A stretch of 64,000 bases of DNA, from the IMG/VR virus record IMGVR_UViG_3300018018_000002, positions 6,186 through 70,185 of that record; one strand, written 5' to 3'. The DNA is from a virus. Shown piece after piece: positions 54,731 through 63,806 of the stretch (the stretch's first letter is position 1; every line of letters starts with the position of its first letter). Below the pieces are notes generated by a model that did no database searches, had not been told where the DNA came from, and saw only the letters and a program-made list of their open reading frames with translations. The translations under genes were made by a program, and so were the position numbers.

Positions 54731-54976
54731 ATGAGAGAGATCAAATTCGTCCGTTCTTACGTCAAGGACGGCATTGAGGTTCAGGTCGCTGAGATCGACC
54801 CGGCCAATTCCGCCGAGCAGTATTGGTTGGTCCGATTCAACAGCAACCACTCGCCGGTCAGGACGAGCACTAGCCCGTTGACTAGCTGGTCGAGTGTTAA
54901 AAGGATCTTTGCCAAGCAGCAGGTGGCAGGCAAGGAACCGACGGTTGAAGAACACCATTGCGCGATGTTCCTTTAA
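54731..54976 (+). CDS. hypothetical protein
   Basis: AAGGAG SD; first gene after the promoter. Confidence 0.65.
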   Translation: MREIKFVRSYVKDGIEVQVAEIDPANSAEQYWLVRFNSNHSPVRTSTSPLTSWSSVKRIFAKQQVAGKEPTVEEHHCAMFL

Positions 54977-54980
54977 TCCC

Positions 54981-55706
54981 ATGACCGCACCCATCCACAC
55001 ATCCATCTTGGAGAAGCTGCGCAAACTTCTCTCCAAGGCCAAGGGCACGAACAACGAGAACGAGGCGAAGGCATTCTTTGCCAAAGCCTCTGAGCTGATG
55101 ACCAAGCATGGTATCGAGCAGCATGAGATTGATCAGCACGCCGGGGAGAAGGAGAAGGTCCCCGAGTTCGAACAAATCAACTTGGGCGTCAGGGCGACCA
55201 AAACTGAGCGTCCTCCCCACCCACAGGTCCGCCGGGTAATTCGACACTGCTTCAACGTGTTCATTATTCGGGTCAGGGGTTGGGACAATCTTCGGGGCAT
55301 GGTTTATACCTACTACATGATCGGGACCAAGCAGGACTGCACCTTTGCGGCCTATGCCTTTGAGGTGCTGAGTGAAACGTTCCGTCGATGCTGGAATGAG
55401 TTCAGTCGGGTCAACTTCGGCGGGGAGCGTGCGCCAGCGACGGTTTGGAATGGATACCTCGAGGGCTTGGTCTCAGGCTTCAACGCTGCGTGGGACGAGG
55501 CGCAGGCCAGGGTCGTGAAGGAAGCGAAGGCGCAGAGCTACGCGCTCATGATCATTGACAAGAGCCAGGCGTTGGAGAAGTTCGTCGATTCCCGAAAGGA
55601 TATCAAGTCCAGCACGCGGCATTGCCAAGGCATGTCCGCTGAGGCATTTCAACAGGGCTACTTCAAGGGCCGGATGATCAAGGTCAATCTGCCCTTGCAC
55701 AGCTGA
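54981..55706 (+). CDS. DUF2786-domain protein
   Basis: 'ILEKLRKLLSKA...NENEA..F..KA.ELM.KHGI'; C-terminal 'AFQQGY..G'. Confidence 0.8.
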   Translation: MTAPIHTSILEKLRKLLSKAKGTNNENEAKAFFAKASELMTKHGIEQHEIDQHAGEKEKVPEFEQINLGVRATKTERPPHPQVRRVIRHCFNVFIIRVRGWDNLRGMVYTYYMIGTKQDCTFAAYAFEVLSETFRRCWNEFSRVNFGGERAPATVWNGYLEGLVSGFNAAWDEAQARVVKEAKAQSYALMIIDKSQALEKFVDSRKDIKSSTRHCQGMSAEAFQQGYFKGRMIKVNLPLHS

Positions 55707-55721
55707 TAATAGAAAGGATAC

Positions 55722-56165
55722 ATGAAACATAAACAGGATCCAGTGGTTTCGGATACAGCCGAGGTGAAGCGGATGAAAAATGTTACTCCGCGCAAGCCGC
55801 ACCTAAAAAAGAAGGTACTTGCCCTGCCCGCCCCAAATGGATTTTGGGATGAGGAGGGCGACATGGCGAGCAGCATCACTGCCGGTTATGATGACTCCGT
55901 CCGAGCGGCAATTGAGCATCACGTCAAGGTCTTCAAACCTAGTCCTCCCTCGCCGGAAGGCTTCTTCACTTTGAGCTGCGGGGACCATCGACTTTTCATT
56001 ATGGATGCTCTTGATGGTTCACGTTGGGATGACTTACTGTGCTATGACATGAAGCTGACCTGTTCGGTGCATCTCCGGCGCCAAAATTTGATGCCGAAGG
56101 AACGAGTCGATGCAGCGATCGAATTTCTCAAGTCCATTAACTCCACTTTCAAAGATAGCCTATGA
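55722..56165 (+). CDS. hypothetical protein
   Basis: SD (AAGGA), operon packing. Confidence 0.6.
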   Translation: MKHKQDPVVSDTAEVKRMKNVTPRKPHLKKKVLALPAPNGFWDEEGDMASSITAGYDDSVRAAIEHHVKVFKPSPPSPEGFFTLSCGDHRLFIMDALDGSRWDDLLCYDMKLTCSVHLRRQNLMPKERVDAAIEFLKSINSTFKDSL

Positions 56166-56461
56166 AGACAATCGCTCGACACAAACTTCCGGCCCATTTG
56201 TGGGATGCCTATGATGTCCTTCAGACAATGCTGGATGATCATTATCGGGTACGAATGCAACAGGGGCGAGAGAATCTTGATCCTCGGACAGACGTGATCA
56301 CTGGGATTATGTTTGCTTCACTGTCAATGATGAAGCAGCTTGGTCTCAACCTTGAGGAGGTACTGCTTGTGGCAAACGCAGTATCTATTGACCGAGGATG
56401 GAAACAGGATTGGGACACAGTGGTAGGAAAACGTCCGCCAGGGGACCTAGGAGATAATTAA
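56162..56461 (+). CDS. hypothetical protein
   Basis: ATGA coupling. Confidence 0.6.
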   Translation: MKTIARHKLPAHLWDAYDVLQTMLDDHYRVRMQQGRENLDPRTDVITGIMFASLSMMKQLGLNLEEVLLVANAVSIDRGWKQDWDTVVGKRPPGDLGDN

Positions 56462-56462
56462 C

Positions 56463-56723
56463 GTGATTCACCTTCCCCATTTTGATCTTCGGTGTAGAGT
56501 GCTGCTGGCGCTTGCGGTTGCGAACTGCTACCAGCTGTGGATGCTCCTGGTGTACCTCAAGCCTTGGTGCCTCTACACCGAACGTCTTTCCGGTCGGATC
56601 ACCTGCGTGGCCGTAGTCTCGGGCACCATTCATCCTCCGGCTCTCGTGTTCCACAAGATCTTCTTTGGTCAACCAGTCCAATATCTTTATGAACAGTTCA
56701 AAGAAACTTCCGTTCGTCGTTGA
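56463..56723 (+). CDS. hypothetical hydrophobic protein
   Basis: GTG start right after the previous stop. Confidence 0.4.
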   Translation: MIHLPHFDLRCRVLLALAVANCYQLWMLLVYLKPWCLYTERLSGRITCVAVVSGTIHPPALVFHKIFFGQPVQYLYEQFKETSVRR

Positions 56724-56914
56724 AATAGCCCGCCCGGTTGTGCGCGGCAACTGCCAAGTTGCGCAGGAGGCGCAGGAGCGATGGGATTGCGAGCAGAAAC
56801 TGCAAGCAATGGCCGAGAAGACTTGGCGAGACAAGAGCTTTTGGGATTCACTCCACTTACCCATGCCGAAAGGACCATGCCCAAACATGGCCGAACTTGA
56901 AAGGAAACTGAAAT

Positions 56915-57262
56915 ATGAAGAAGATCACCCTGCTGTTGATGCTGTTCGCTCTCACCTCGGCCTACTGCGTCGAATCAAAGCGCGTGGATCCGCTGCTGTA
57001 CGCCGACCCTATCCCAACCAGCATCACTTACCCAATGCTGAATGAGATGGGGGTAAAACCGGAGCAGCGGCACCTCTTCAAGGTGTGTCGCCGCGTACCT
57101 CTGGAAATGGGAGGGACGAATGCTCGGGACAATCTCATTGTCTTGTCGGTGCGAGATGCATTTACCAAATCCCTGACTGACCATGTGATCATGGGACGCG
57201 TCCAAAAGAACATGATGACTTTTGCTGAAGCGGTCAAGGTCCTAAAGGAATGGAAACCATGA
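56915..57262 (+). CDS. exported protein with degenerate HNH-like motif
   Basis: Signal peptide MKKITLLLMLFALTSAYC; 'RRVPLEMGGTNARDNL'. Confidence 0.6.
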   Translation: MKKITLLLMLFALTSAYCVESKRVDPLLYADPIPTSITYPMLNEMGVKPEQRHLFKVCRRVPLEMGGTNARDNLIVLSVRDAFTKSLTDHVIMGRVQKNMMTFAEAVKVLKEWKP

Positions 57263-57627
57263 CCCGCTTGCATTACATCATCGATAAGGATCATCGCTTC
57301 CACGTTGTCGACTTGTTCGCCTGGGCTGAGTGGATGGAGCGGGAGGATCATGCTGCCTTGGTCCGGGTAGCGGAGACCACCTGTGGCCCTTACTGGATCT
57401 CGACGATCTTCCTCGGGTTGGACCACAGCTTCGGCGAGGGTCCGCCCGTCCTTTGGGAGACGATGGTCTTTGATCAGAGCAAGCCACAAGAGCATGTCCT
57501 ACCTCTCGATGGGGAGATGAATCGGTGCGCTGGGGGATGGGAACAAGCTGAGGCCATGCACGCTGAAATGGTCGCACGGGTTGAAGCAGTCCTTGCCCTC
57601 GAGCAGCCAAGTACCAATCATTCCTAA
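57259..57627 (+). CDS. conserved phage hypothetical protein
   Basis: 'ISTIFLGLDHSF...P.LWETMVF...W..AEA.H'. Confidence 0.7.
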   Translation: MTRLHYIIDKDHRFHVVDLFAWAEWMEREDHAALVRVAETTCGPYWISTIFLGLDHSFGEGPPVLWETMVFDQSKPQEHVLPLDGEMNRCAGGWEQAEAMHAEMVARVEAVLALEQPSTNHS

Positions 57628-57636
57628 CCCTTTCCC

Positions 57637-57843
57637 ATGAGCAAGAAACGCAAACTCACCCCACAGGAAAAGCAGTTCGTGAAGGAGGCAGAAGATGCCC
57701 ACTTCACTGTTCAATACGATGACAAGACTGGGGCCCCGTACGCGACCGGGGCCGATCACAACTCCTCTTGCTTCTCGATGTACGTGGTCGAGGTGCAGGA
57801 AGGTTCCGAAGAAGAGGGCTGCGCGACTTACCACCTCGGTTAA
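57637..57843 (+). CDS. hypothetical protein
   Basis: ORF packing. Confidence 0.5.
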   Translation: MSKKRKLTPQEKQFVKEAEDAHFTVQYDDKTGAPYATGADHNSSCFSMYVVEVQEGSEEEGCATYHLG

Positions 57844-57854
57844 CTCCTCCTCCC

Positions 57855-58064
57855 ATGCCACCCAACGAAGTCACCAACGTCGATCTCCGATGCACCCGCC
57901 GGGACATCGTTCAGGTTGAGCTCATGCACACGCCCAATGATGACGATGTGCTCTACGTCAACGTCAACGGCCAGTGCCGCTGCCGGGTTATTGCCCCGCG
58001 CTTTCGCGAGCTAGGGGCAGGAGCGGTCATTACGGTCACTGACACCCGCCGGAAGAAAGGATAG
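57855..58064 (+). CDS. hypothetical protein
   Basis: ATG at 57855; ORF packing. Confidence 0.5.
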   Translation: MPPNEVTNVDLRCTRRDIVQVELMHTPNDDDVLYVNVNGQCRCRVIAPRFRELGAGAVITVTDTRRKKG

Positions 58065-58068
58065 TCCC

Positions 58069-58293
58069 ATGACCTTTACTCAATCTGACCTTTATGCCCT
58101 TGAGCTGGCCTGCATCCACGCTCGGGAAGCAACCTTGCACGCTCGGAACGCTGCTCTGTGGGAACGGGCCAAATCTCATGTCGACGGTGCCCCCGATTTG
58201 ATGGATGAGCACGCGGTGAACACAGGTGAGCTGCGTGGCCTTCGGGACCATATCAAGTTTCTGGAGGACCAAATCAAGAAGGGCCAACCTTGA
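58069..58293 (+). CDS. hypothetical protein
   Basis: ORF packing. Confidence 0.55.
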   Translation: MTFTQSDLYALELACIHAREATLHARNAALWERAKSHVDGAPDLMDEHAVNTGELRGLRDHIKFLEDQIKKGQP

Positions 58294-58670
58294 CCAAAGG
58301 GATGGTCAGGCTCCTGCAAGCGCTCGCGACCGCCGAAGAGGAAGAGCGGTGGGATGATGCTGAAGTGACCTGCGAGGGGAGGGAGTGCTGGGTTGGACTG
58401 CGCCAGACAAACTGGCGCACGGTGAACGCCCTGCTTCGGCTTGTGGCCTTACGTGATGTCTCCGATACCGATTGCGTGCGCTATGCGATCAATGATGTAG
58501 GTCAGCTCTTACTTGAGCAATCCGGCGCAGAGGATGAAATTCGCCGGGCCCTGTATTCAGGTCACAACTTCACTATCGAAAATGGCCACGTACGCCGACT
58601 GAAAAATCCGGTCCGAACAGCCCAAATCCTAAAGCGCAGAAACCAAAGGCGCTTGACTTCCCCAATCTAA
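58290..58670 (+). CDS. hypothetical protein
   Basis: TTGA overlap with the previous ORF. Confidence 0.55.
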   Translation: MTKGMVRLLQALATAEEEERWDDAEVTCEGRECWVGLRQTNWRTVNALLRLVALRDVSDTDCVRYAINDVGQLLLEQSGAEDEIRRALYSGHNFTIENGHVRRLKNPVRTAQILKRRNQRRLTSPI

Positions 58671-58698
58671 GGGACTAGAGACCCACCCTAGCTACGCA

Positions 58699-59475
58699 GT
58701 GAAAAAGACCCCTTCAAAAGAGACAGATAGGAAGAATAGGCCGCTCTGGCGCTCTACCATTCCAGTCGATGCGTACATTATGGCCCGGGCTGGAATGGAG
58801 AATCAGGAAATCTCCGCTGCCCTGCGTGTCAACAACACTACCTTCTCGCTTTGGCAGCGTTTGCACCCGGAACTGGCTTATGCGCTTCAGACCGCCCGGA
58901 AGAAGCCGAAGGAAGGGGACGAGACCTTCGAGCAGTACGCCTACACCCAGCTGCCGCCCAAGCTGCAAGAGCTGTGGGACAAGATCGATTACTGGTTTGA
59001 CCATGCCAATGGCTACGAGAAGATCCGGATGCTGCTCGATGGGCAGTCCTTGCGCGTGCGGCAGTCCCTCTGGCTCCACGCTATCATCAGCAGCAACTTT
59101 GATGTGTCGCACGCTTGCCACATGGTCGGGGTGAATCGGGCCGTCCTCAAGCAGTGGGAGGAGGATCCTGACTTCGTCGAGCTGCTGGAGGAGTTGAAGT
59201 TCCACAAGGGCAACTTCTATGAGAAGGCGCTGAACGACCTGGTGGTCTTTCGGCATCCGGGGGCAGTGGTCTTTGCCAACAAGACTTTTAACGCGGACCG
59301 GGGCTTTGGAGAGAAGCTGGAAGTGAAGGGCGAGATTCAGCACCTGCACGGGTTTGTGATCTCGGTGGATCAGCTCGACCTGACCCTCGAGGAGAAGCTG
59401 AAGCTGCTAGAGAAGGTGCAGGCGGCCAAGCTGCTCCAGGCCAAGCCGGTCACACCAGTGCCAGTTGGAGCATGA
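58699..59475 (+). CDS. terminase small subunit-like protein (two HTH motifs)
   Basis: 'EISAALRVNNTTFSLW', 'VSHACHMVGVNRAVLKQWEEDPDF', 'RGFGEKLEV'; upstream of TerL. Confidence 0.72.
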   Translation: MKKTPSKETDRKNRPLWRSTIPVDAYIMARAGMENQEISAALRVNNTTFSLWQRLHPELAYALQTARKKPKEGDETFEQYAYTQLPPKLQELWDKIDYWFDHANGYEKIRMLLDGQSLRVRQSLWLHAIISSNFDVSHACHMVGVNRAVLKQWEEDPDFVELLEELKFHKGNFYEKALNDLVVFRHPGAVVFANKTFNADRGFGEKLEVKGEIQHLHGFVISVDQLDLTLEEKLKLLEKVQAAKLLQAKPVTPVPVGA

Positions 59476-59597
59476 TAATAAGGACACAAGGAGATAATCA
59501 TGACGGCTTGCGCATGTATGAATTGGGCGAGGATCGATGGGCTGCTCTGCGTCCTGCGGCTAGGGGATGATCCGAGAATGGATGACCCTAACTTGCC

Positions 59598-59906
59598 ATG
59601 AAGCGAAAACTGATTGACTGGTTTTGCGCTCACCCAAAGTGGGTCGGTTGGCTGTACCTCAAGGTCTGTGCCCTCTACCTGCAAGCGCATGGTTGGAAGT
59701 ACCGGCCGGACGGGCGGTGGCAGAAGCAGCAGACCCCGGAGATCCTTCATACTGCATCGCTTCTGTCTGCGGTCAACGCGGTGAACTGGGAATATACCTC
59801 TCCTCCCATCAGGGCCCAAGCCGCCAAAGTCGAATCCCCGCCCGCAGCTGGAGCGGACGGGCTTAAACAGAAGGGTGATTCGAAGGCGGAGAAACCTAAC
59901 GCCTGA
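59598..59906 (+). CDS. hypothetical protein
   Basis: ORF with ATG. Confidence 0.5.
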   Translation: MKRKLIDWFCAHPKWVGWLYLKVCALYLQAHGWKYRPDGRWQKQQTPEILHTASLLSAVNAVNWEYTSPPIRAQAAKVESPPAAGADGLKQKGDSKAEKPNA

Positions 59907-59921
59907 TGGGAGGTCTATCTT

Positions 59922-60347
59922 ATGAGATTGAGATCCGTCCTGCTGCTTCTGCTCCTGCCGCTGACTGCTTTGGAGCAGGTCAATGATGAACGCTTCTTGG
60001 ACTGCGTCGTCCAAAAGGAAGGCTACACCCAGGATCACATTGGTCCCAACGGGGAGCGTTCCATCTATGCCATCACCTACGCGGTCTGGACGCAGCACAT
60101 GGGCAAGCGGCCCTTCGCCTTATGCACCCTGCGCCCGGACTTAGCGCGCGAATGCGCCCTCGCTCACGTCCGGTGGTTGAAACAAGCCCTCGCTCAAGCT
60201 GGGATGCCCCAAAGCCCCTTCACGCTGGGTTGGGCCTGGCACAGGGGTATCAGGGGATACCTAGGGGACATAAAACGCGGCCTGAAGAGCGATTATGCGC
60301 TGGAAATGGCGAATTTGTATGGGGTTAGAGCCAAAAACGCCAATTGA
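59922..60347 (+). CDS. lysozyme-like/lytic transglycosylase with signal peptide (endolysin candidate)
   Basis: GGAGG SD; signal peptide; 'VVQKEG...GPNGERSIYAIT...W', 'AWHRG' resembling SLT motifs. Confidence 0.55.
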   Translation: MRLRSVLLLLLLPLTALEQVNDERFLDCVVQKEGYTQDHIGPNGERSIYAITYAVWTQHMGKRPFALCTLRPDLARECALAHVRWLKQALAQAGMPQSPFTLGWAWHRGIRGYLGDIKRGLKSDYALEMANLYGVRAKNAN

Positions 60348-60358
60348 GGGTCAACTCC

Positions 60359-60670
60359 ATGGCCAAAGCAGTTCCGCAACGACGATGGCGCGAACGGCAC
60401 CCTTTTCTTTCGGCCTGGCATCACCACCGGTGGAACGCCAAGCTGCGCGGAATCAAGGTGGAGTGGGAGTTGGAGGAGTTTCTCCAGTTCTGCGCCATGA
60501 CCGGCTACATCCAGCTCTTGCCGGATGGGTGGACGATCGATCGGATCGAAGTGAACCGGGGTTATTCGTTGCGCAACTGCCAGACCCTGACCCGGCCAGA
60601 GAACGCGACGAAAGGGAATTATGAGCGTGCCTACAACCACTATCGTCACCAAAATCCGGCTGCTGGTTGA
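60359..60670 (+). CDS. HNH-like endonuclease
   Basis: 'NAKLRGI', 'TIDRI...RGYS..NC......N..KG'. Confidence 0.7.
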   Translation: MAKAVPQRRWRERHPFLSAWHHHRWNAKLRGIKVEWELEEFLQFCAMTGYIQLLPDGWTIDRIEVNRGYSLRNCQTLTRPENATKGNYERAYNHYRHQNPAAG

Positions 60671-60875
60671 CGTGCCCTTAGCGAGCGGGGGCAAGTGGCA
60701 CGCTGGGCAGGAGTTCTTTGTCACCGGGTTCTCTTCCTACCGGAAGCCAAATGGGAGCGAAGTCGAGACGTGGTGGACTGGCGAAGGGGAGAGCTTCGGC
60801 GTGTGCTTTCATCTGACTCTGCGGGACGAATGGTTCGAGTTCCTGCGGCCGCCAACAAATCTATCGCCCTCCTAA
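60621..60875 (+). CDS. hypothetical protein
   Basis: ORF before TerL. Confidence 0.5.
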   Translation: MSVPTTTIVTKIRLLVDVPLASGGKWHAGQEFFVTGFSSYRKPNGSEVETWWTGEGESFGVCFHLTLRDEWFEFLRPPTNLSPS

Positions 60876-60901
60876 CTGGAATCCTGTAAGCTCCTTAGCC
60901 T

Positions 60902-62419
60902 ATGGTGGCCGTTGCCAAAACTCCAAACGTCGGACTGAGCGAGGACGATCTGCTGCGCTCGATCTGCCGGGAGTCCTTTTATCAATTCGTCAAGACCTTC
61001 TGGAGCACCATCATCAGCGAGGAGCCGGTCTGGAACTGGCACATCAAGGTGCTGTGCGATGAGGTGCAGTTGGTCGCGGAGCGAGTGTTTCGGGGCGAGC
61101 CCAAGCTCTACGATCTGGTGATCAACGTCCCGCCCTCGAGCACCAAGTCCACCATTGTCTCGATCATGTTCCCAGTCTGGTGCTGGACAAGGGCGGCCTA
61201 CATTCGCACCATTGGTGCCTCCTACACTGACTTGTTGGCCCTGGACTTGTCACGCAAAGGGCGGTTGATCGTGAAGAGCGAACTATACCAGCGCCTTTTC
61301 CCGGCGGTCCAGCTTCGGGACGATCAGGACACGAAGACTTATTACGAAACGACTGAAGGGGGGGATCGGCACAGCGTCGGCAGCGAAGGGGACATTGGCG
61401 GCTTCCATGCTCACTTCCTGCTGGTCGATGATCCAATCAATCCAGGGGATGTCCACAGCGCCGCTGCCCTGCGCAAGGTCAATCGCTGGTTGAAGGAGAC
61501 TCTCTTCTCCCGGAAAGTGGACAAGCAAGTGAGCGTGGTCATCATCATCATGCAGCGCCTGCATGAAGAGGATCCCTCCGGGATGATGCTGGCCGAGGCC
61601 AAGGCTCACCCGGACAAGATCAAGGTCCGGCACATCTGCTTGCCGGGGGAGGAAAGCGATCGGGTGTCGCCCAAGCGGTACCGGCTCAAGTACCAAAAAG
61701 ACGCGCAAGGCAATTCGCTGCTGGACTTGGTGCGTGCGCCCCGGGCTGTCCTCGAGGAGGCGCGGATCAGGCTTGGGCCCTTCGGATACAGCGGACAGAT
61801 CGAGCAGTGGCCAGTCCCGCCGGAAGGTGGCATGTTTAAGGTCGCGAAGATCCAGGTCGGTATTCCCCCACCCTTGATGAAGTTCCGGCGGATAGTGCGC
61901 TACTGGGACAAAGCCGGGACGGAAGCTGGCACCGGGGCAGAGACGGCCGGGGTGAAGATGGGCGAGTACGTTGAGATCGTCGGGGGGAAGACCCTGGTGC
62001 GTCTCTTCTGGATCCTGGACGTGATTCATGGACGTTGGGATAGTGGGGAACGTGAGCGCATTATCCGGCAGACGGCCGACGTCGATGGAAAGGGCGTAGC
62101 CGTGTGCGTCGAGCAGGAGCCGGGCAGCGGTGGCTTAGAGAGCGCCCAAGGCACGCTGCGCAACCTGGCTGGGTTTACCGCTGGGCGCGACAAGGTGACT
62201 GGCAGCAAGGAGCTGCGGGCCGATCCCTTTAGCGTCCAAGTGAATGAAGGCAACGTCCGGGTCAAGGAGGGATTGATGGAGTGGCCAGCAATGCGGGACC
62301 AGCTGGCGCTCTTCCCCTTTGCCAAGCTCAAGGACATAGTGGACGCAGCGAGCGGGGCGTTTGCGGTGCTGTGCAATCGGGTCAGGGTCGGGGCCCTGGG
62401 TGGTGGGCCTCAGCGATAA
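60902..62419 (+). CDS. terL: terminase large subunit
   Basis: 'INVPPSSTKS' Walker A, 'LLVDDP', 'IMQRLHEED', 'YWDKA', 'EQEPGSGG', 'DIVDA'. Confidence 0.93.
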   Translation: MVAVAKTPNVGLSEDDLLRSICRESFYQFVKTFWSTIISEEPVWNWHIKVLCDEVQLVAERVFRGEPKLYDLVINVPPSSTKSTIVSIMFPVWCWTRAAYIRTIGASYTDLLALDLSRKGRLIVKSELYQRLFPAVQLRDDQDTKTYYETTEGGDRHSVGSEGDIGGFHAHFLLVDDPINPGDVHSAAALRKVNRWLKETLFSRKVDKQVSVVIIIMQRLHEEDPSGMMLAEAKAHPDKIKVRHICLPGEESDRVSPKRYRLKYQKDAQGNSLLDLVRAPRAVLEEARIRLGPFGYSGQIEQWPVPPEGGMFKVAKIQVGIPPPLMKFRRIVRYWDKAGTEAGTGAETAGVKMGEYVEIVGGKTLVRLFWILDVIHGRWDSGERERIIRQTADVDGKGVAVCVEQEPGSGGLESAQGTLRNLAGFTAGRDKVTGSKELRADPFSVQVNEGNVRVKEGLMEWPAMRDQLALFPFAKLKDIVDAASGAFAVLCNRVRVGALGGGPQR

Positions 62420-62426
62420 TACGAAC

Positions 62427-62591
62427 ATGACACGCCGGGAGAAAGCTCAACGTCGATTGGCGAGTGGGAAGCATTCGCAAAATACGATGCGGATCCTGCG
62501 CTTGATGTGGATTGCTCGGGGTATTCCGTTTGATGAAAGAGTCACCAAGAGCTTCATCAATTACTGCGACCGTAGAGTTAGGGTCTCATAA
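62427..62591 (+). CDS. small basic hypothetical protein
   Basis: ATG at 62427. Confidence 0.45.
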   Translation: MTRREKAQRRLASGKHSQNTMRILRLMWIARGIPFDERVTKSFINYCDRRVRVS

Positions 62592-62606
62592 GATAATAAG
62601 GGTGCT

Positions 62607-62927
62607 ATGAAACCGACCAAACTGATCCCCGGTGATGTAGTCCATGTCACCAATCGCAAGGGCGTTTCGGAGTTCTTCTGCTGCTGCCTGCAGGTCACCG
62701 AGGTCAAGGAGTGGGGCGTCATTGCTTTTACCATGGTGCCAGGACAGGGCGAATGCTACTACCGCGCCAACTGGGACGAGATCGAGTACGTCGGGCGGAT
62801 CCCAACCCTGGAAGGGACACACATCCTGCGCCGGATCGGCATTCCGCAGGCGTTGAATCGGTATCATCCCCCTCTGACCGACGAGGATCGCAAGCAGGCC
62901 ACGAAGGAGCCTCCTTTAATCAAATGA
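62607..62927 (+). CDS. hypothetical protein (SH3-like beta barrel)
   Basis: 'PGDVV', 'VTEVKEWG', 'YYRANWDEIEYVG'. Confidence 0.65.
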   Translation: MKPTKLIPGDVVHVTNRKGVSEFFCCCLQVTEVKEWGVIAFTMVPGQGECYYRANWDEIEYVGRIPTLEGTHILRRIGIPQALNRYHPPLTDEDRKQATKEPPLIK

Positions 62928-63034
62928 GCACAGCCCTATTGATCGGTGGACCTTATGATGGGCGTCGAATTCGCGACCGCCCTGGGTGATCGGGCCTTTT
63001 CTTGGATCGAACAAATCCGCAAACCGAAAACATC

Positions 63035-63310
63035 ATGAACCTTGCCTTAGTCCTTTCGAATTCCTTCGTCGCCTGGTCGATCAGCGCCGGGATTTTCCTG
63101 ATCATCGCCGCGATCATTTTCGCCGCCGGTTGGCTGACCGAACGCACCCAAAACCGGGCGATCCTGGACCGGTCGGCCGATCACGAAGGCGAAATGTTGT
63201 CCGACCTGCAGACGATCGCCGTCCTGTTGGATCCGCCAACCAAACCCGACAACATCGAACACGCCCGGAAGATCGCAGCGAAGTATTCGCGACCATGCGA
63301 ACTGCTCTAA
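63035..63310 (+). CDS. membrane protein
   Basis: N-terminal TM helix. Confidence 0.55.
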   Translation: MNLALVLSNSFVAWSISAGIFLIIAAIIFAAGWLTERTQNRAILDRSADHEGEMLSDLQTIAVLLDPPTKPDNIEHARKIAAKYSRPCELL

Positions 63311-63474
63311 TCATGCGCAACGTCTACGCTGATCCCCATTGGCTGCTCTTTTACGACGGCAACCGCCTTTGTTTCAAGATGCCGTTCCGAATGCTGAAAA
63401 TCCGCGTCCGGGCGACCCTGATCGAAAGATGGGTCCTGGGCCTGAAAGTCATCTTCCCATGTCCGCACACCTGA
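63295..63474 (+). CDS. hypothetical protein
   Basis: ATG at 63295. Confidence 0.45.
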   Translation: MRTALIMRNVYADPHWLLFYDGNRLCFKMPFRMLKIRVRATLIERWVLGLKVIFPCPHT

Positions 63475-63806
63475 AAGGAACCAAACCCCGGCGCCGCCTT
63501 GCCGGGGGTCCCCTGGTCGACGTCGCGGTCCTGAAGGACTTCGAAGCCTGGTCCCGCCGGGGCAAAAGCTACGGGGACGCGATCGGCGTCCTTCACGCGA
63601 CCGCGCGGTTGATGAAGATCGATGTCGTCCGATCGAAGCCGGACGCGATCATTTCGGCCGGGGTCCGCTTCGAATTCTATGCGCTGGACCCGGAACAATG
63701 CCCGCCGAAGACGAAGCTTTTCCGCCTGACGCCCTTCCGTCCAAAACCCAAACCCAAAAACAAAAAGCCATGTCATCAAACCCGAATTCCGACCCGTCGT
63801 CGCTGA
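63459..63806 (+). CDS. hypothetical protein
   Basis: ATG at 63459. Confidence 0.45.
   Translation: MSAHLKGTKPRRRLAGGPLVDVAVLKDFEAWSRRGKSYGDAIGVLHATARLMKIDVVRSKPDAIISAGVRFEFYALDPEQCPPKTKLFRLTPFRPKPKPKNKKPCHQTRIPTRRR

Noticed and set aside
56665-57045. ORF 56665/56689-57045 as a gene
   Set aside because: Overlaps the signal-peptide ORF at 56915 by 130 nt and has no recognisable motifs; left uncalled.
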